NCBI GenBank assembly: GCA_964605995.1
Contig: CAZSEN010000002.1
Span: forward strand, 5,350 to 42,633
Direction of reading: 5' to 3'
Origin: an uncultured Candidatus Saccharibacteria bacterium
GTDB lineage: Bacteria > Patescibacteriota > Minisyncoccia > Phycocordibacterales > UBA9973
DNA: 37,284 bases
The notes beneath the pieces are model-generated. The model saw only the letters and a program-made list of their open reading frames with translations. It ran no database searches and was not told where the DNA came from. Made by a program: the position numbers and the translations under genes. Position 1 is the stretch's first letter; each line of letters opens with the position of its first letter. This document shows, piece after piece, positions 1 through 7,958 of this stretch.

Positions 1-90
1 AGGAGCTTTTTCTTTCTTCGACAGGAGAAAAGGAGAGGCTTCAGAATCCGGAATCTCTTGGTGGTGAGGCGCTTGTTCTCCGTTTTTCAT
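1..90 (-). CDS. partial CDS (first 30 codons, continues past left edge), unknown product
   Basis: ATG at 88-90 on the minus strand, 9 nt downstream of the rpmA stop. The frame MKNGEQAPHHQEIPDSEASPFLLSKKEKAP stays open to the window edge. Too short for the ORF track. Confidence 0.3.
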   Translation of the reverse strand, partial: MKNGEQAPHHQEIPDSEASPFLLSKKEKAP

Positions 91-99
91 TTTAAATGA

Positions 100-372
100 T
101 TACAAAACGTTTGCTGTTTTCTTGACTGTGGTTTTGCCGTCAAAATTAGTGTGTCGCTTCGTGCCGAATTTGATAGTGCCTGGCTTAAGGGCAAAAAGAG
201 TGTGGTCTTTCCCCATGCTGACATTCGTTCCAGCGATGATTTTAGTTCCTCTCTGGCGGACAATGACAGAGCCGGCTTTCGCGAGCTGGCCGTCATAAAG
301 CTTCGTACCGAGGTACTTTGGATTAGAGTCTCTTAAGTTTTTCGATTTTCCTCCGGCTAATTTATGTGCCAT
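100..372 (-). CDS. rpmA: 50S ribosomal protein L27
   Basis: [29 protein letters not shown]...VIVRQRGTK...GKDHTLFAL matches the L27 signature. The extended C-terminal tail ([18 protein letters not shown]) is a form I associate with CPR/Patescibacteria. Confidence 0.95.
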   Translation of the reverse strand: MAHKLAGGKSKNLRDSNPKYLGTKLYDGQLAKAGSVIVRQRGTKIIAGTNVSMGKDHTLFALKPGTIKFGTKRHTNFDGKTTVKKTANVL

Positions 373-443
373 AGTTTTGAAGTTAGCGGCAAAAGGCTTT
401 ATTTATTAGCTTTTTTGCCTGAAATATAATATTATTTACAGAC

Positions 444-830
444 ATGAGTATAAATGATTTGAAAGAAAAAATCAAGTATTATCTCGCAAGCGATGGAGTT
501 CGCGACGTTTACATATCACTCGTCATTATCCTGGTGGCGATTTCCGCTTTCGGATTAGGAAGGCTGTCAAAAGCGAATTTGGATGGTCCGGGGGTTGTGA
601 TTCAATATCCCATCGGGAATCAAAACTCTTCATTCAGTAAAACTACTGCCGCCTCAAACAATGTTCCAGATGTTTTTGAAACAGATATTTTTGCTTCAAA
701 AAATGGAACCAGATATTATTTCTCATCATGCTCCGGCGCAGGTAAGATAAAAGAAGAGAACAAGGTGTGGTTTTCAACTGAAGCGCAGGCTCAAGCGGCC
801 GGATTTATAAAATCATCCACATGCAAGTAG
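444..830 (+). CDS. N-terminally membrane-anchored protein with C-terminal Cys-containing Ada-like metal-binding-type motif
   Basis: One TM helix (VYISLVIILVAISAFGLG). The C-terminal YYFSSCSGAGKIKEENKVWFSTEAQAQAAGFIKSSTC resembles the small YHxxxC..IK.EN...F.S..EA..AGY..C module. Confidence 0.6.
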   Translation: MSINDLKEKIKYYLASDGVRDVYISLVIILVAISAFGLGRLSKANLDGPGVVIQYPIGNQNSSFSKTTAASNNVPDVFETDIFASKNGTRYYFSSCSGAGKIKEENKVWFSTEAQAQAAGFIKSSTCK

Positions 831-835
831 GGAAG

Positions 836-1744
836 ATGTATACCATAAAGAGCATAAAATATCTGGTTGCCATATTCGCCATCGCTGTAGCGATCTTTTT
901 TATTGGAAATGGCGGAATCAATTTTGTTTCAAATTTCTTTGCTGGTCAAACTGGCGAGGAAAATATTTTAATCGAAGAGACAGGTAATCAATCGGGAATC
1001 ACTGATGCAGTGAAAAAAATCATTTCGACTCCCGGTGCTTTAAGAATTTCTTCAGGCGATTCTGTTCTTGCTGAAATCAGAGACATTTCAGCTTCGGGAA
1101 TAATACAAGCGACCAATAAAGCCCGTAATGATAATGGCGTCACGGCTTTGCTTGTCGAAAATCAAAAACTCAACGCTTCAGCGCGGATAAAGCTCGAAGA
1201 CATGTTCAGTAAGCAATATTTTGAACATGTTTCTCCTAATGGAATAGGAATTGAAAATTTAGCAGCGGAAGTCGGCTACGACTATATCATCATCGGGGAG
1301 AATTTAGCTCTTGGAACTTTTAAAACCAGTGCTGAGATTGTGAAAGCGTGGATGAATAGCCCCGGACATCGGGCAAATATTTTAAATGAAAGATATTCTG
1401 AAATCGGTATTGCTGCCGGCAAGGGGAATTTTGAAGGCAACACAGTCTGGGTCGCTGTACAGCACTTTGGGCTTCCGCTTTCAGCATGTCCTGAGGTTGA
1501 TGCGGCTCTTAAGGTGGATATTGAGGCAAATCAGGCGGCATTAGGGGATTTGGAGCAGGAGATAACCATGCTTGCGGAGGAAATTGACCAAGAAAGCCGC
1601 AATAGGCCAAAATATCGCGAGGATGTGAAAAAGTACAATAATCTTGTTGTTGCGTATAATTCGCTTCTCGATACAACTAAAAATAAAATATCAGAATACA
1701 ATGGCGAAGTTGCCGCTTTCAATGCGTGCGCGGCAGGAAATTAG
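836..1744 (+). CDS. secreted/membrane-anchored CAP (SCP/PR1, YkwD-like) domain protein with coiled-coil tail
   Basis: GENLALG...AEIVKAWMNSPGHRANILNERYSEIGIAAG is the CAP-domain motif. N-terminal hydrophobic helix. I prefer the ATG at 836 (AGGGAAG Shine-Dalgarno) over the track start at 821. Confidence 0.8.
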   Translation: MYTIKSIKYLVAIFAIAVAIFFIGNGGINFVSNFFAGQTGEENILIEETGNQSGITDAVKKIISTPGALRISSGDSVLAEIRDISASGIIQATNKARNDNGVTALLVENQKLNASARIKLEDMFSKQYFEHVSPNGIGIENLAAEVGYDYIIIGENLALGTFKTSAEIVKAWMNSPGHRANILNERYSEIGIAAGKGNFEGNTVWVAVQHFGLPLSACPEVDAALKVDIEANQAALGDLEQEITMLAEEIDQESRNRPKYREDVKKYNNLVVAYNSLLDTTKNKISEYNGEVAAFNACAAGN

Positions 1745-1800
1745 ATCACCGGTATCTTAGAGAGCTTTTTCTATGGGGAATAATGGGTTTTAAATTTATA

Positions 1801-1820
1801 CGAATGTCGCACAATATATC
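1801..1820. repeat. left copy of 20-bp direct repeat (candidate attL core)
   Basis: Exact match to 36539-36558. Flanking bases differ on both sides. Confidence 0.6.
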
Positions 1821-1861
1821 GTGTAAGATGTCAAGTTTTTGTGCACAGGTCAGCTAACGAA

Positions 1862-1890
1862 AAAACACCGAGAATTATTTTCGGTGTTTT
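1862..1890. terminator. bidirectional intrinsic terminator-like hairpin
   Basis: aaaaacaccga-gaattatt-ttcggtgtttttt: stem caccga/tcggtg with an A-run upstream and a T-run downstream. Confidence 0.5.
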
Positions 1891-1902
1891 TTATTTGCAC
1901 CT

Positions 1903-1978
1903 AACGGTCTGTGGAGTTGAAATTACGGGTGTAGGGGGCTGTTTTCTTCATTGTTGCAGTCCAACTCCATAGACCGTT
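1903..1978. repeat. 17-bp inverted repeat with 42-nt spacer upstream of replication-like genes
   Basis: aacggtctgtggagttg (1903-1919) against caactccatagaccgtt (1962-1978), 16 of 17 complementary. Confidence 0.5.
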
Positions 1979-2035
1979 GTGTGTAAGCGCAACGAAGAGG
2001 TCGAAACATTATCACGAAACAAAAGGTATTATTTC

Positions 2036-2251
2036 ATGCAGATTCTGAATGTATGCACCAAGTTTGTCTATAACAGTCACGGAGAGGAAAAAGTAAAATG
2101 GTTTAAAGCGGGAATCCTTAAAATAACGGATTCGGGACACAAATATCTCCGGTTCTTTCATCATCCGTACACGGATTTCTATGTCTTTGAAAAAGATCCC
2201 ACGCTCGACTCTCTTCCGATAATCGACTTTGACAAAATCACCAGACAATAA
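2036..2251 (+). CDS. hypothetical small protein
   Basis: In-frame ATG at 2036 (MQILNVCTKFVYNSHGEEKVKWFKAGILKITDSGHKYLRF...). The track start at 1979 is GTG and lies inside the inverted repeat. Confidence 0.4.
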   Translation: MQILNVCTKFVYNSHGEEKVKWFKAGILKITDSGHKYLRFFHHPYTDFYVFEKDPTLDSLPIIDFDKITRQ

Positions 2252-2288
2252 CTTGTCGCTTACAAGTCCATATTACCTACACCCATAT

Positions 2289-2702
2289 ATGCTATTTTAC
2301 ACCACCCCGGTACCAAACGCGGTTATTCGACTCATTCCAACATTGAACGGAGGAGAAACCAAAGTGATTCTCATTGTTGTTCAAAAAACACTCGGCTGGA
2401 AAGATGAAACCACAATGAGCAAGCGGAAAGAGCGCGACTGGATTTCAATCAGTCAGTTTGAAACGGAATCAGGTATGTCGCGCCGCACCATTGGATTTGC
2501 CATTGATTCGCTTGTTGAGAAGGGACATATCATCGTCACTGACCATGCAGGAAACGTGGTTAATACACCAGAGAAGCGCAAAGGCTGTTCACGGTTGTAT
2601 TTCCAGTTATCCCCAGCCCTCATGCCACCCAGCGAAGATTACAACACCTACCTGCGAAGAAAAAGCGCTGAACTAGCGAATAAATTTCGCTATACAAAGT
2701 AA
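2289..2702 (+). CDS. replication-initiator-like winged-helix protein (phage replication protein O N-terminal-like)
   Basis: VILIVVQKTLGWKDE...RDWISISQFETESGMSRRTIGFAIDSLVEKGHIIV is the pattern of replisome-organizer/RepO-type wHTH domains. I prefer the ATG at 2289 over the TTG at 2229. Confidence 0.5.
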   Translation: MLFYTTPVPNAVIRLIPTLNGGETKVILIVVQKTLGWKDETTMSKRKERDWISISQFETESGMSRRTIGFAIDSLVEKGHIIVTDHAGNVVNTPEKRKGCSRLYFQLSPALMPPSEDYNTYLRRKSAELANKFRYTK

Positions 2703-2733
2703 AACTCTACAAAAGAAACTCTACAAAGTAAAA
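2690..2733. repeat. three imperfect tandem 14-15-bp repeats (iteron-like)
   Basis: ctatacaaagtaaaa / ctctacaaaagaaa / ctctacaaagtaaaa, overlapping the stop codon of the rep-like gene. Confidence 0.45.
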
Positions 2734-2824
2734 GAAGATAATAAGGGAGGAGAGTTGGGGAAAACTTCCTAGAAAGAAATATGCAGAATACGATTCCAGT
2801 AGATAACATTCTCCAAAATAATAG

Positions 2825-3064
2825 TTAATCATCATCGAACTCATATCCTGTTCCTCCGCAAGTTTGACATTGCCCGGTACCAGAACAGACTCCACACTCT
2901 CCTTCATCTTCAGTCAGCCCAAAATGATTAGTCATGGAATCGATAAACCCCAAATGTTTGCCTGTCCCATGACATCTGCTGCAGTTCCCGTCACCTTGAT
3001 CAGATAAAATCATTGTCGCACCCTTATCACAATCCGTGCACTTTTTCTGATTGTCTTTTTCCAT
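2825..3064 (-). CDS. stand-alone DnaJ cysteine-rich (CxxCxGxG) zinc-finger protein, 79 aa
   Basis: Four motifs: CTDCDKG, CSRCHGTG, CGVCSGTG, CQTCGGTG. ATG start at 3064. Confidence 0.75.
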   Translation of the reverse strand: MEKDNQKKCTDCDKGATMILSDQGDGNCSRCHGTGKHLGFIDSMTNHFGLTEDEGECGVCSGTGQCQTCGGTGYEFDDD

Positions 3065-3101
3065 AGTTTTTATTATTTCAATTGTTTGCTAGACTTAACT
3101 A

Positions 3102-3716
3102 ATGAATAAAAAAGAACGCTTTTCAAATATAGAAAAAAGCGAAAAACAAAAACGATGGGAAGAGACCAAGCATGAGATCGATCAAATAGCGGATAAACTT
3201 GGGAAGGGCATAGATGTCAACATTAAAGAGACAATTATCGTTTTTCACGTTTTCAATATTAATACTGACGGATCATGCGAGGGGCATATTGATCGGGGAA
3301 CTTTTGCGCCATACATAGATATAATATCAAAAGACACTGCTGCTTTGGACAAGCAACTTAAGGAAATAAGTGGGAACCTTGAAAAATCCAAGGACACTCC
3401 TGATTTCCAGTTAATGCTTGAAGCCGCAAAAGAAAAAACCAAGGAAATCTATAAACAGATTGAATATAAAAATTTAGAGGAGAGGAAAAAAGTAATGTCT
3501 TACCTGGAAGAATTTTATCAAGATCGAAATGTGCCATATCATCAGCGATTAATACTTGAAGGTTTGGCTAGAGGGTGGACTCGACTGGAGAGCCAAGGAG
3601 TAGATTTACAAAAAATCGAAAATGATGAAGTGAAACAACAGCGACTCCTTGAATATCAAGATGAAATGCAGGCCTTCACGAAATTTTTGAAAGACAAGTT
3701 TTTTGCCGGAGCGTAA
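3102..3716 (+). CDS. hypothetical protein (helical, lysine/glutamate rich)
   Basis: Clean ATG ORF of 204 aa followed by a terminator hairpin. No motif I can name. Confidence 0.6.
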   Translation: MNKKERFSNIEKSEKQKRWEETKHEIDQIADKLGKGIDVNIKETIIVFHVFNINTDGSCEGHIDRGTFAPYIDIISKDTAALDKQLKEISGNLEKSKDTPDFQLMLEAAKEKTKEIYKQIEYKNLEERKKVMSYLEEFYQDRNVPYHQRLILEGLARGWTRLESQGVDLQKIENDEVKQQRLLEYQDEMQAFTKFLKDKFFAGA

Positions 3717-3734
3717 TTCTTTAATATGTTTTTC

Positions 3735-3781
3735 GCAAGTGTATCGCTCGGCGATTGAGCAAAGGTATACTCTTGCTTTTA
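3735..3781 (+). terminator. intrinsic terminator-like hairpin
   Basis: gcaagtgtat (3735-3744) pairs with atactcttgc (3767-3776) at 9 of 10 positions, followed by TTTT. Confidence 0.5.
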
Positions 3782-4140
3782 TATCGACAGAATACGGTTA
3801 AGAACGTACACATCCATATTTCAGGTGTGTGAACGGATTAACGGTATTACCGATTTTTTTGGGAAAAGAAAAAGTGTCCCTCTCCCAAAACTCCTTCCGA
3901 ATTGATTTCATCTAAAGCACGAAATTGACGAAGAAGTAGATAATCGATACTAGGAGTAGGATGCCCAGAGTAAATAATACAATAAACCCCCACTCCCCAT
4001 TTGAATTTTTTCTTTTCATAACAGGGATGTTTGAGGGATGTGGTGTAAAGGTATCTTTTCGCATGAGATGAAGAAATGCCAAGGCTTAGAATTGTCCTCC
4101 AGCCGTGGTGTGACAATCTCTTCTCCCTTCGAAAGAAAAA

Positions 4141-4170
4141 AGCCATTTATCCGAAATCGGATAAATGGCT
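4141..4170 (-). terminator. intrinsic terminator (perfect 14-bp palindrome)
   Basis: agccatttatccga-aa-tcggataaatggct. On the minus strand a T-run follows (complement of the A-run at 4136-4140). Lies just downstream of the 4193-4405 gene. Confidence 0.6.
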
Positions 4171-4192
4171 TGAAAGATCATGCGCGGGCGAA

Positions 4193-4405
4193 TTATTTTT
4201 TGATGGTACCATTATAGAGCGCATCAAAATCAATTTGAGAGAGAAGCCTGTCATTTTCCATTCGGTCAATTTCAGGTTGAAGTTCTTCCTCAGTCAAACG
4301 TTCTACATCTTCATCAGAGAATTTAGTTCTTTCCGATGCATGTTTTTTTTGTTTTACTTGCGTAGCGCGATTTTTGATTTTTTTGGAACTATTTGTCTTT
4401 TTCAT
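4193..4405 (-). CDS. hypothetical small basic/acidic protein, 70 aa
   Basis: ATG start, strongly charged sequence, own terminator. Confidence 0.5.
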   Translation of the reverse strand: MKKTNSSKKIKNRATQVKQKKHASERTKFSDEDVERLTEEELQPEIDRMENDRLLSQIDFDALYNGTIKK

Positions 4406-4452
4406 TACCCTTGAATATTAAATATATGAACATGAATTAATCCGAGAACATC

Positions 4453-5403
4453 CTACCACGACACTTGGGGGAATGCAAGTCTTTCTTCGTGTTCAAATCT
4501 CTTCCTGACTTTTTTGAAAAATGATTTTATGAGGCGGATTTCTATTACCCGATTATATCCTCTTTTGATCCCAAACTTCTTAACAAGTATATCGATCTCC
4601 CAGGAAGGAGTTGGTTTGTCTCCGTATTTGAGATAAAGCAGCAATACCGTTTTTTTCACCCCCTTCAATTTATTAAATTCTTGGCGGATAATTTTTTTCA
4701 TTAGGTTTCGTTTCGCCTTGCGAAATTCATCCGCTGAATAAGAATCTTTTTCCTCCATCGCATTATATACCAGTTCATTTTCAGAGTCGTCAACCAGATT
4801 TGCTTTATCACTGTCTTGTTTCAGCTGGATTTTCTCGAATATTCCGTCACTGAAAAATTCGGAGGGCTGAAATTTTTTACTCTTCCTTCTCAATTCTTCT
4901 CCAGTTACTCCATTTATCTCCAATTCATATAGATATTTTCTTTTCTGTTCAGAAACTCCCTTTTTGTTCTGTTGAATATGATCCGCATACTGTTCAGTGA
5001 TAGTCCCACTCGCATTATTTACCGCAATCTTTTTTAACCAACTAAAAAATCTGCCCCTAACAGCTGCATTCCCTTCGTTTTCGTCGAAGCGAAACTCCGG
5101 AGCTTTTTTGATTACAAACCCGATCACTTTACTGAAATGGTCTTTCGCCAATTCGTCATATTCAATCCTTATTCCTCGTTTTACAATAATATTCCGACAC
5201 ATAGTCATGAGATCATTCTTGATCTCGTTATAAAGCCTTTGAAAGGCCATTTTTCTCGTACGTGAATTAATCCTGCAATTCTTCAACTCTTTAAGCAAAT
5301 CAATAAAACTGGACTCCTCATTTTTCATTGGTTTTTTGTTTTTAGTTAAGCAGTCTTCTGCACATAGATGTAGCGGCGTTGCACATTTTTCCCATTCTGA
5401 CAC
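4453..5403 (-). CDS. sigma-70-family (ECF-like) RNA polymerase sigma factor-like protein
   Basis: FFSWLKKIAVNNAS resembles the region 2.4 pattern F..WL..IA.N. The C-terminal VLLLYLKYG...EIDILVKKFGIKRGYNRVIEIRLIKSFFKKV resembles the region 4 HTH. There is a long insert between them. GTG start at 5403. Confidence 0.45.
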   Translation of the reverse strand: MSEWEKCATPLHLCAEDCLTKNKKPMKNEESSFIDLLKELKNCRINSRTRKMAFQRLYNEIKNDLMTMCRNIIVKRGIRIEYDELAKDHFSKVIGFVIKKAPEFRFDENEGNAAVRGRFFSWLKKIAVNNASGTITEQYADHIQQNKKGVSEQKRKYLYELEINGVTGEELRRKSKKFQPSEFFSDGIFEKIQLKQDSDKANLVDDSENELVYNAMEEKDSYSADEFRKAKRNLMKKIIRQEFNKLKGVKKTVLLLYLKYGDKPTPSWEIDILVKKFGIKRGYNRVIEIRLIKSFFKKVRKRFEHEERLAFPQVSW

Positions 5404-5452
5404 GGGAAATCATTTGTATTAAAAGATTGAACGCTAGAAAAACAGCACGACG

Positions 5453-5833
5453 ATGGAACGCCTGAGACTGTTTGAGGTGGCCCGGATTCTGGGCTACAAG
5501 GACTTGAGATCAGTAAAACGCTGGTGCGAAAACAACAGCGTTATGGTATTATCAGATGTAGGTACTAAAGGGAAATATGTAATTCTAAAGGAATTCGAAG
5601 CCGCACGGCTGCGGTCGTTCGCGAATTATCTAAGGCTAAAACATGGCGAGAAAAATTGGTTAGCAGTCTTTGTTCGTTATACGCAACAAAGCTCGATCCA
5701 GTTTATCCAGGAAGAAGCAAAAAATGTTAACGCTTCTTCTCAAGGCACTGAGAGAAATAATAAAGGTGAGGTACAAGGCGAAAACGAAAAGCGCTTTTTG
5801 AACGATCTCAGGCATTTAATATCAACCGCCTAA
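5453..5833 (+). CDS. excisionase/MerR-like HTH DNA-binding protein
   Basis: The N-terminal LFEVARILGYKDLRSVKRWCENNSV is HTH-like. Lies immediately upstream of the integrase and abuts it. Confidence 0.55.
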   Translation: MERLRLFEVARILGYKDLRSVKRWCENNSVMVLSDVGTKGKYVILKEFEAARLRSFANYLRLKHGEKNWLAVFVRYTQQSSIQFIQEEAKNVNASSQGTERNNKGEVQGENEKRFLNDLRHLISTA

Positions 5834-5842
5834 TTGCCACCC

Positions 5843-7291
5843 ATGCAGCACAAGCCGCTCCATATCCCGCCGAATAAAAAGTTCAAAGGATTGAAAATCG
5901 TCTGCTATGGATGCGGAACGCTGGTTAATGGCGTGTGCAAGAAGACGGGGAAGCCACTTGCAACATGCCAGTTTGGAGATAAGCACAGGTATAAGGTCAT
6001 TGTCCATGTTCCCGGCACGAAGAACGAGCGGAGAGTGAAAGTTCTGGAAACGAGAACGTATGACGAAGCAGTGAAGCAAGCGATAGATTTTCAGAGAGAA
6101 ATCAAAGAACAGGCGAAAGGTACTGAGCGAATAACATCAGTGGAGTTGATGCAGGGAATAGTAGCGAAGCCCGTACACGTGCCGGAAATAAGGCAGGTTC
6201 AGCAAATCAAATCATACAGCCTGGTCGATCTCATGGCCCGATATGTGGGCTATCTCCACGGCGACCCGGAAATTGTGCCTGAATTCCGGAAAAAGGTGCG
6301 AAGCAAGGGACACATTGATGATGTTGAGCGAACCTTCAAGTACTTTGTCAAAGCGCTCAAGAATAATGCGTATGATGTACATTCGCTTCGTGTCGATGAA
6401 ATTGATGATCGAGCAATCGGAAAATTCCACGAATATCTGCTCAAAGAATTGAACCTCGGAAACAGCAGCTATAACAAATCGCTCACGGTTCTGACCAGCT
6501 TCTACAACTACCTCAACAACATCGAAGGGTATCACATCCGGAATCCGTTCCTGGGAATCCCGAGAAAATCGGTTATCGGTAACATTGACACGATCTCACA
6601 CGATGAGTACAGCAAGCTTTTGGACATTGTGCAAAAGCCGGAACTGGGCATTGCAACATTGGGTACTGGCGAAGAAAAGAACTTGTACAAGCCGTGGGTG
6701 AAAGACGCGATTGAATTGGGCCTTCACACCGGACGCCGAAACGAGGAAATTGCGCGGATGAATTGGAAAGAGCTGCATGAGGATGACATGGGAAATCCAG
6801 CGTACATCAAAGTGCCGGACTTCAAAGTCAACCGTCAGCGGGGAAGCAGTGAAGAGAATCTTAAATATATTTATGTGCCCGTGACGGAGGATTTGAAAGA
6901 ATTGCTTGAACGTCTCGGGTATGAAAAATACAAGGGCACTGAGAAATATATTCTCGCGCCAGAGGAAGACATGGAGCGCGATACAATCAGGAAGCTCATG
7001 TCGCGTTCGTTCACGCATTACTACAAGCAATTGGGTACCGGAAAAAATTTGTCGTTCAAATCTCTGCGCAAAACATATATCACGCAATTGACGAATTACA
7101 TGGGCATGGACAATGCGCGACTGATTACAAAGCATAGCGGTACGGAAGTGATGCAGGAACATTACATCGACCAAAAAGCGATTGCGAAAACCGCACAGGG
7201 ATTCAAGATGTTCGACGAGAAAAAAACTACCCGTCAGGATGAACTTGAAAATATCAGGACAGTAAAAAAGAATCCATCACGTGATCGGTAA
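5843..7291 (+). CDS. tyrosine-type site-specific integrase (Bacteroidota-type with N-terminal arm-binding and SAM-like domains)
   Basis: GLHTGRRNEEIARMNW (Arg I), FKSLRKTYITQL and TKHSGTEVMQEHYI (His/Tyr region). Long N-terminal domain with a Cys cluster. ATG at 5843; the track start at 5834 is TTG. Confidence 0.9.
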   Translation: MQHKPLHIPPNKKFKGLKIVCYGCGTLVNGVCKKTGKPLATCQFGDKHRYKVIVHVPGTKNERRVKVLETRTYDEAVKQAIDFQREIKEQAKGTERITSVELMQGIVAKPVHVPEIRQVQQIKSYSLVDLMARYVGYLHGDPEIVPEFRKKVRSKGHIDDVERTFKYFVKALKNNAYDVHSLRVDEIDDRAIGKFHEYLLKELNLGNSSYNKSLTVLTSFYNYLNNIEGYHIRNPFLGIPRKSVIGNIDTISHDEYSKLLDIVQKPELGIATLGTGEEKNLYKPWVKDAIELGLHTGRRNEEIARMNWKELHEDDMGNPAYIKVPDFKVNRQRGSSEENLKYIYVPVTEDLKELLERLGYEKYKGTEKYILAPEEDMERDTIRKLMSRSFTHYYKQLGTGKNLSFKSLRKTYITQLTNYMGMDNARLITKHSGTEVMQEHYIDQKAIAKTAQGFKMFDEKKTTRQDELENIRTVKKNPSRDR

Positions 7292-7321
7292 AAAGGATAT
7301 TTTTGGAGAAATAAAAATCCC

Positions 7322-7525
7322 ATGAGCGATACCACCATCTGGAAAGTCAAGGCGAGCATTCAGTGGAGTACTATTGCCAAAGGAATGGAAGTTGAAGTTG
7401 TTGTCAAAAACCGGACAAACAGTAAGCCCAATGTTGGAGAAATAAAGGAAGCTTTAGAAAGGAAATATTCGATTAAAGTTCCGGGCGGCATGAGCACAAG
7501 CATTTTTGAATTTACCCGATGCTGA
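7322..7525 (+). CDS. small conserved hypothetical protein (67 aa) of mobile-element ends
   Basis: ATG ORF directly after the integrase. The pattern KGMEVEVVVKN...IKEALERKYSIK resembles small proteins I recall next to Bacteroidota element integrases. The family name is not certain. Confidence 0.45.
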   Translation: MSDTTIWKVKASIQWSTIAKGMEVEVVVKNRTNSKPNVGEIKEALERKYSIKVPGGMSTSIFEFTRC

Positions 7526-7542
7526 GACCGTATTTCCAAAAT

Positions 7543-7584
7543 TTCCGCACCTAATTCCGCACCTAAACTGATTTTTTCCGCACC
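7543..7584 (+). promoter_or_regulatory. three direct TTCCGCACC repeats (candidate arm-type recombinase/Xis binding sites, left arm)
   Basis: Copies at 7543-7551, 7555-7563 and 7576-7584. Confidence 0.55.
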
Positions 7585-7644
7585 CACGTACTTTGAAGAA
7601 AAAGGAAAAGGCCTGAATCCTTTCGGTATCAAGCCTTTAACTCG

Positions 7645-7689
7645 CTCCCCCTTCAGGACTTGAACCTGAGACCCCATGATTAACAGTCG
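7645..7689 (-). pseudogene. tRNA-Asn(GUU) 3' fragment (anticodon loop to acceptor 3' strand), att core candidate
   Basis: The minus strand reads CUGUUAA-UCAUG-GGGUC-UCAGG-UUCAAGU-CCUGA-AGGGGGA-G. This gives a GUU anticodon loop, a 5-nt variable loop, a perfect 5-bp T stem with a T loop, and the acceptor 3' strand. No D arm or 5' acceptor strand is present upstream. Confidence 0.65.
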
Positions 7690-7766
7690 TTTGTTATTCG
7701 CGGGATATTGGCTAAAAACCGTATAAACGGCGATTATTTCGGACATCACGGTGCATTTTCCAGCAT

Positions 7767-7799
7767 TTCCGCACCCAAATTCCGCACCTGAACCGCACC
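7767..7799 (+). promoter_or_regulatory. three further direct (T)TCCGCACC repeats (right arm)
   Basis: Copies at 7767-7775 and 7780-7788, plus the variant ACCGCACC at 7792-7799. Same orientation as the left set. Confidence 0.55.
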
Positions 7800-7958
7800 T
7801 GAAATTTTAGGATTCTCTGCGGTATGTTCCAAAAAATCCTCCTGCAACTAGTATTTCAACCGAGCGCGATCATACCTGTTGTAGATGTGAATGAAAACTA
7901 GGCTGTCACGCTGTCAGATATATCAAGTAAGAAGCTAACCGCACATAACAATCTCACA

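Noticed and set aside
3847-4146. 99-aa minus-strand ORF with a DUF559/Vsr-like C-terminal flavour (LRQFRALDEINSEGVL)
   Set aside because: The resemblance covers only about 25 residues. The ORF starts inside the 14-bp terminator palindrome of the upstream gene. At best it is a decayed remnant, and I cannot support it as a gene.
4076-4414. 112-aa plus-strand ORF
   Set aside because: It is antisense to the 4193-4405 gene and spans the 4141-4170 terminator palindrome. It has a phenylalanine-rich shadow composition.
5425-5434. 9-bp match gattgaacg at 5425-5433 and 32638-32646 as possible junction repeats of the inner element
   Set aside because: A 9-mer match between two short windows has a non-negligible chance probability (a few percent by rough estimate). 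No supporting inverted repeats or further identity are present.
7360-7749. 129-aa minus-strand ORF across the attP-like region
   Set aside because: It runs through the tRNA fragment and the 9-mer repeats and overlaps the 3' end of the 7322-7525 gene in antisense. It has no start context or recognisable motif.
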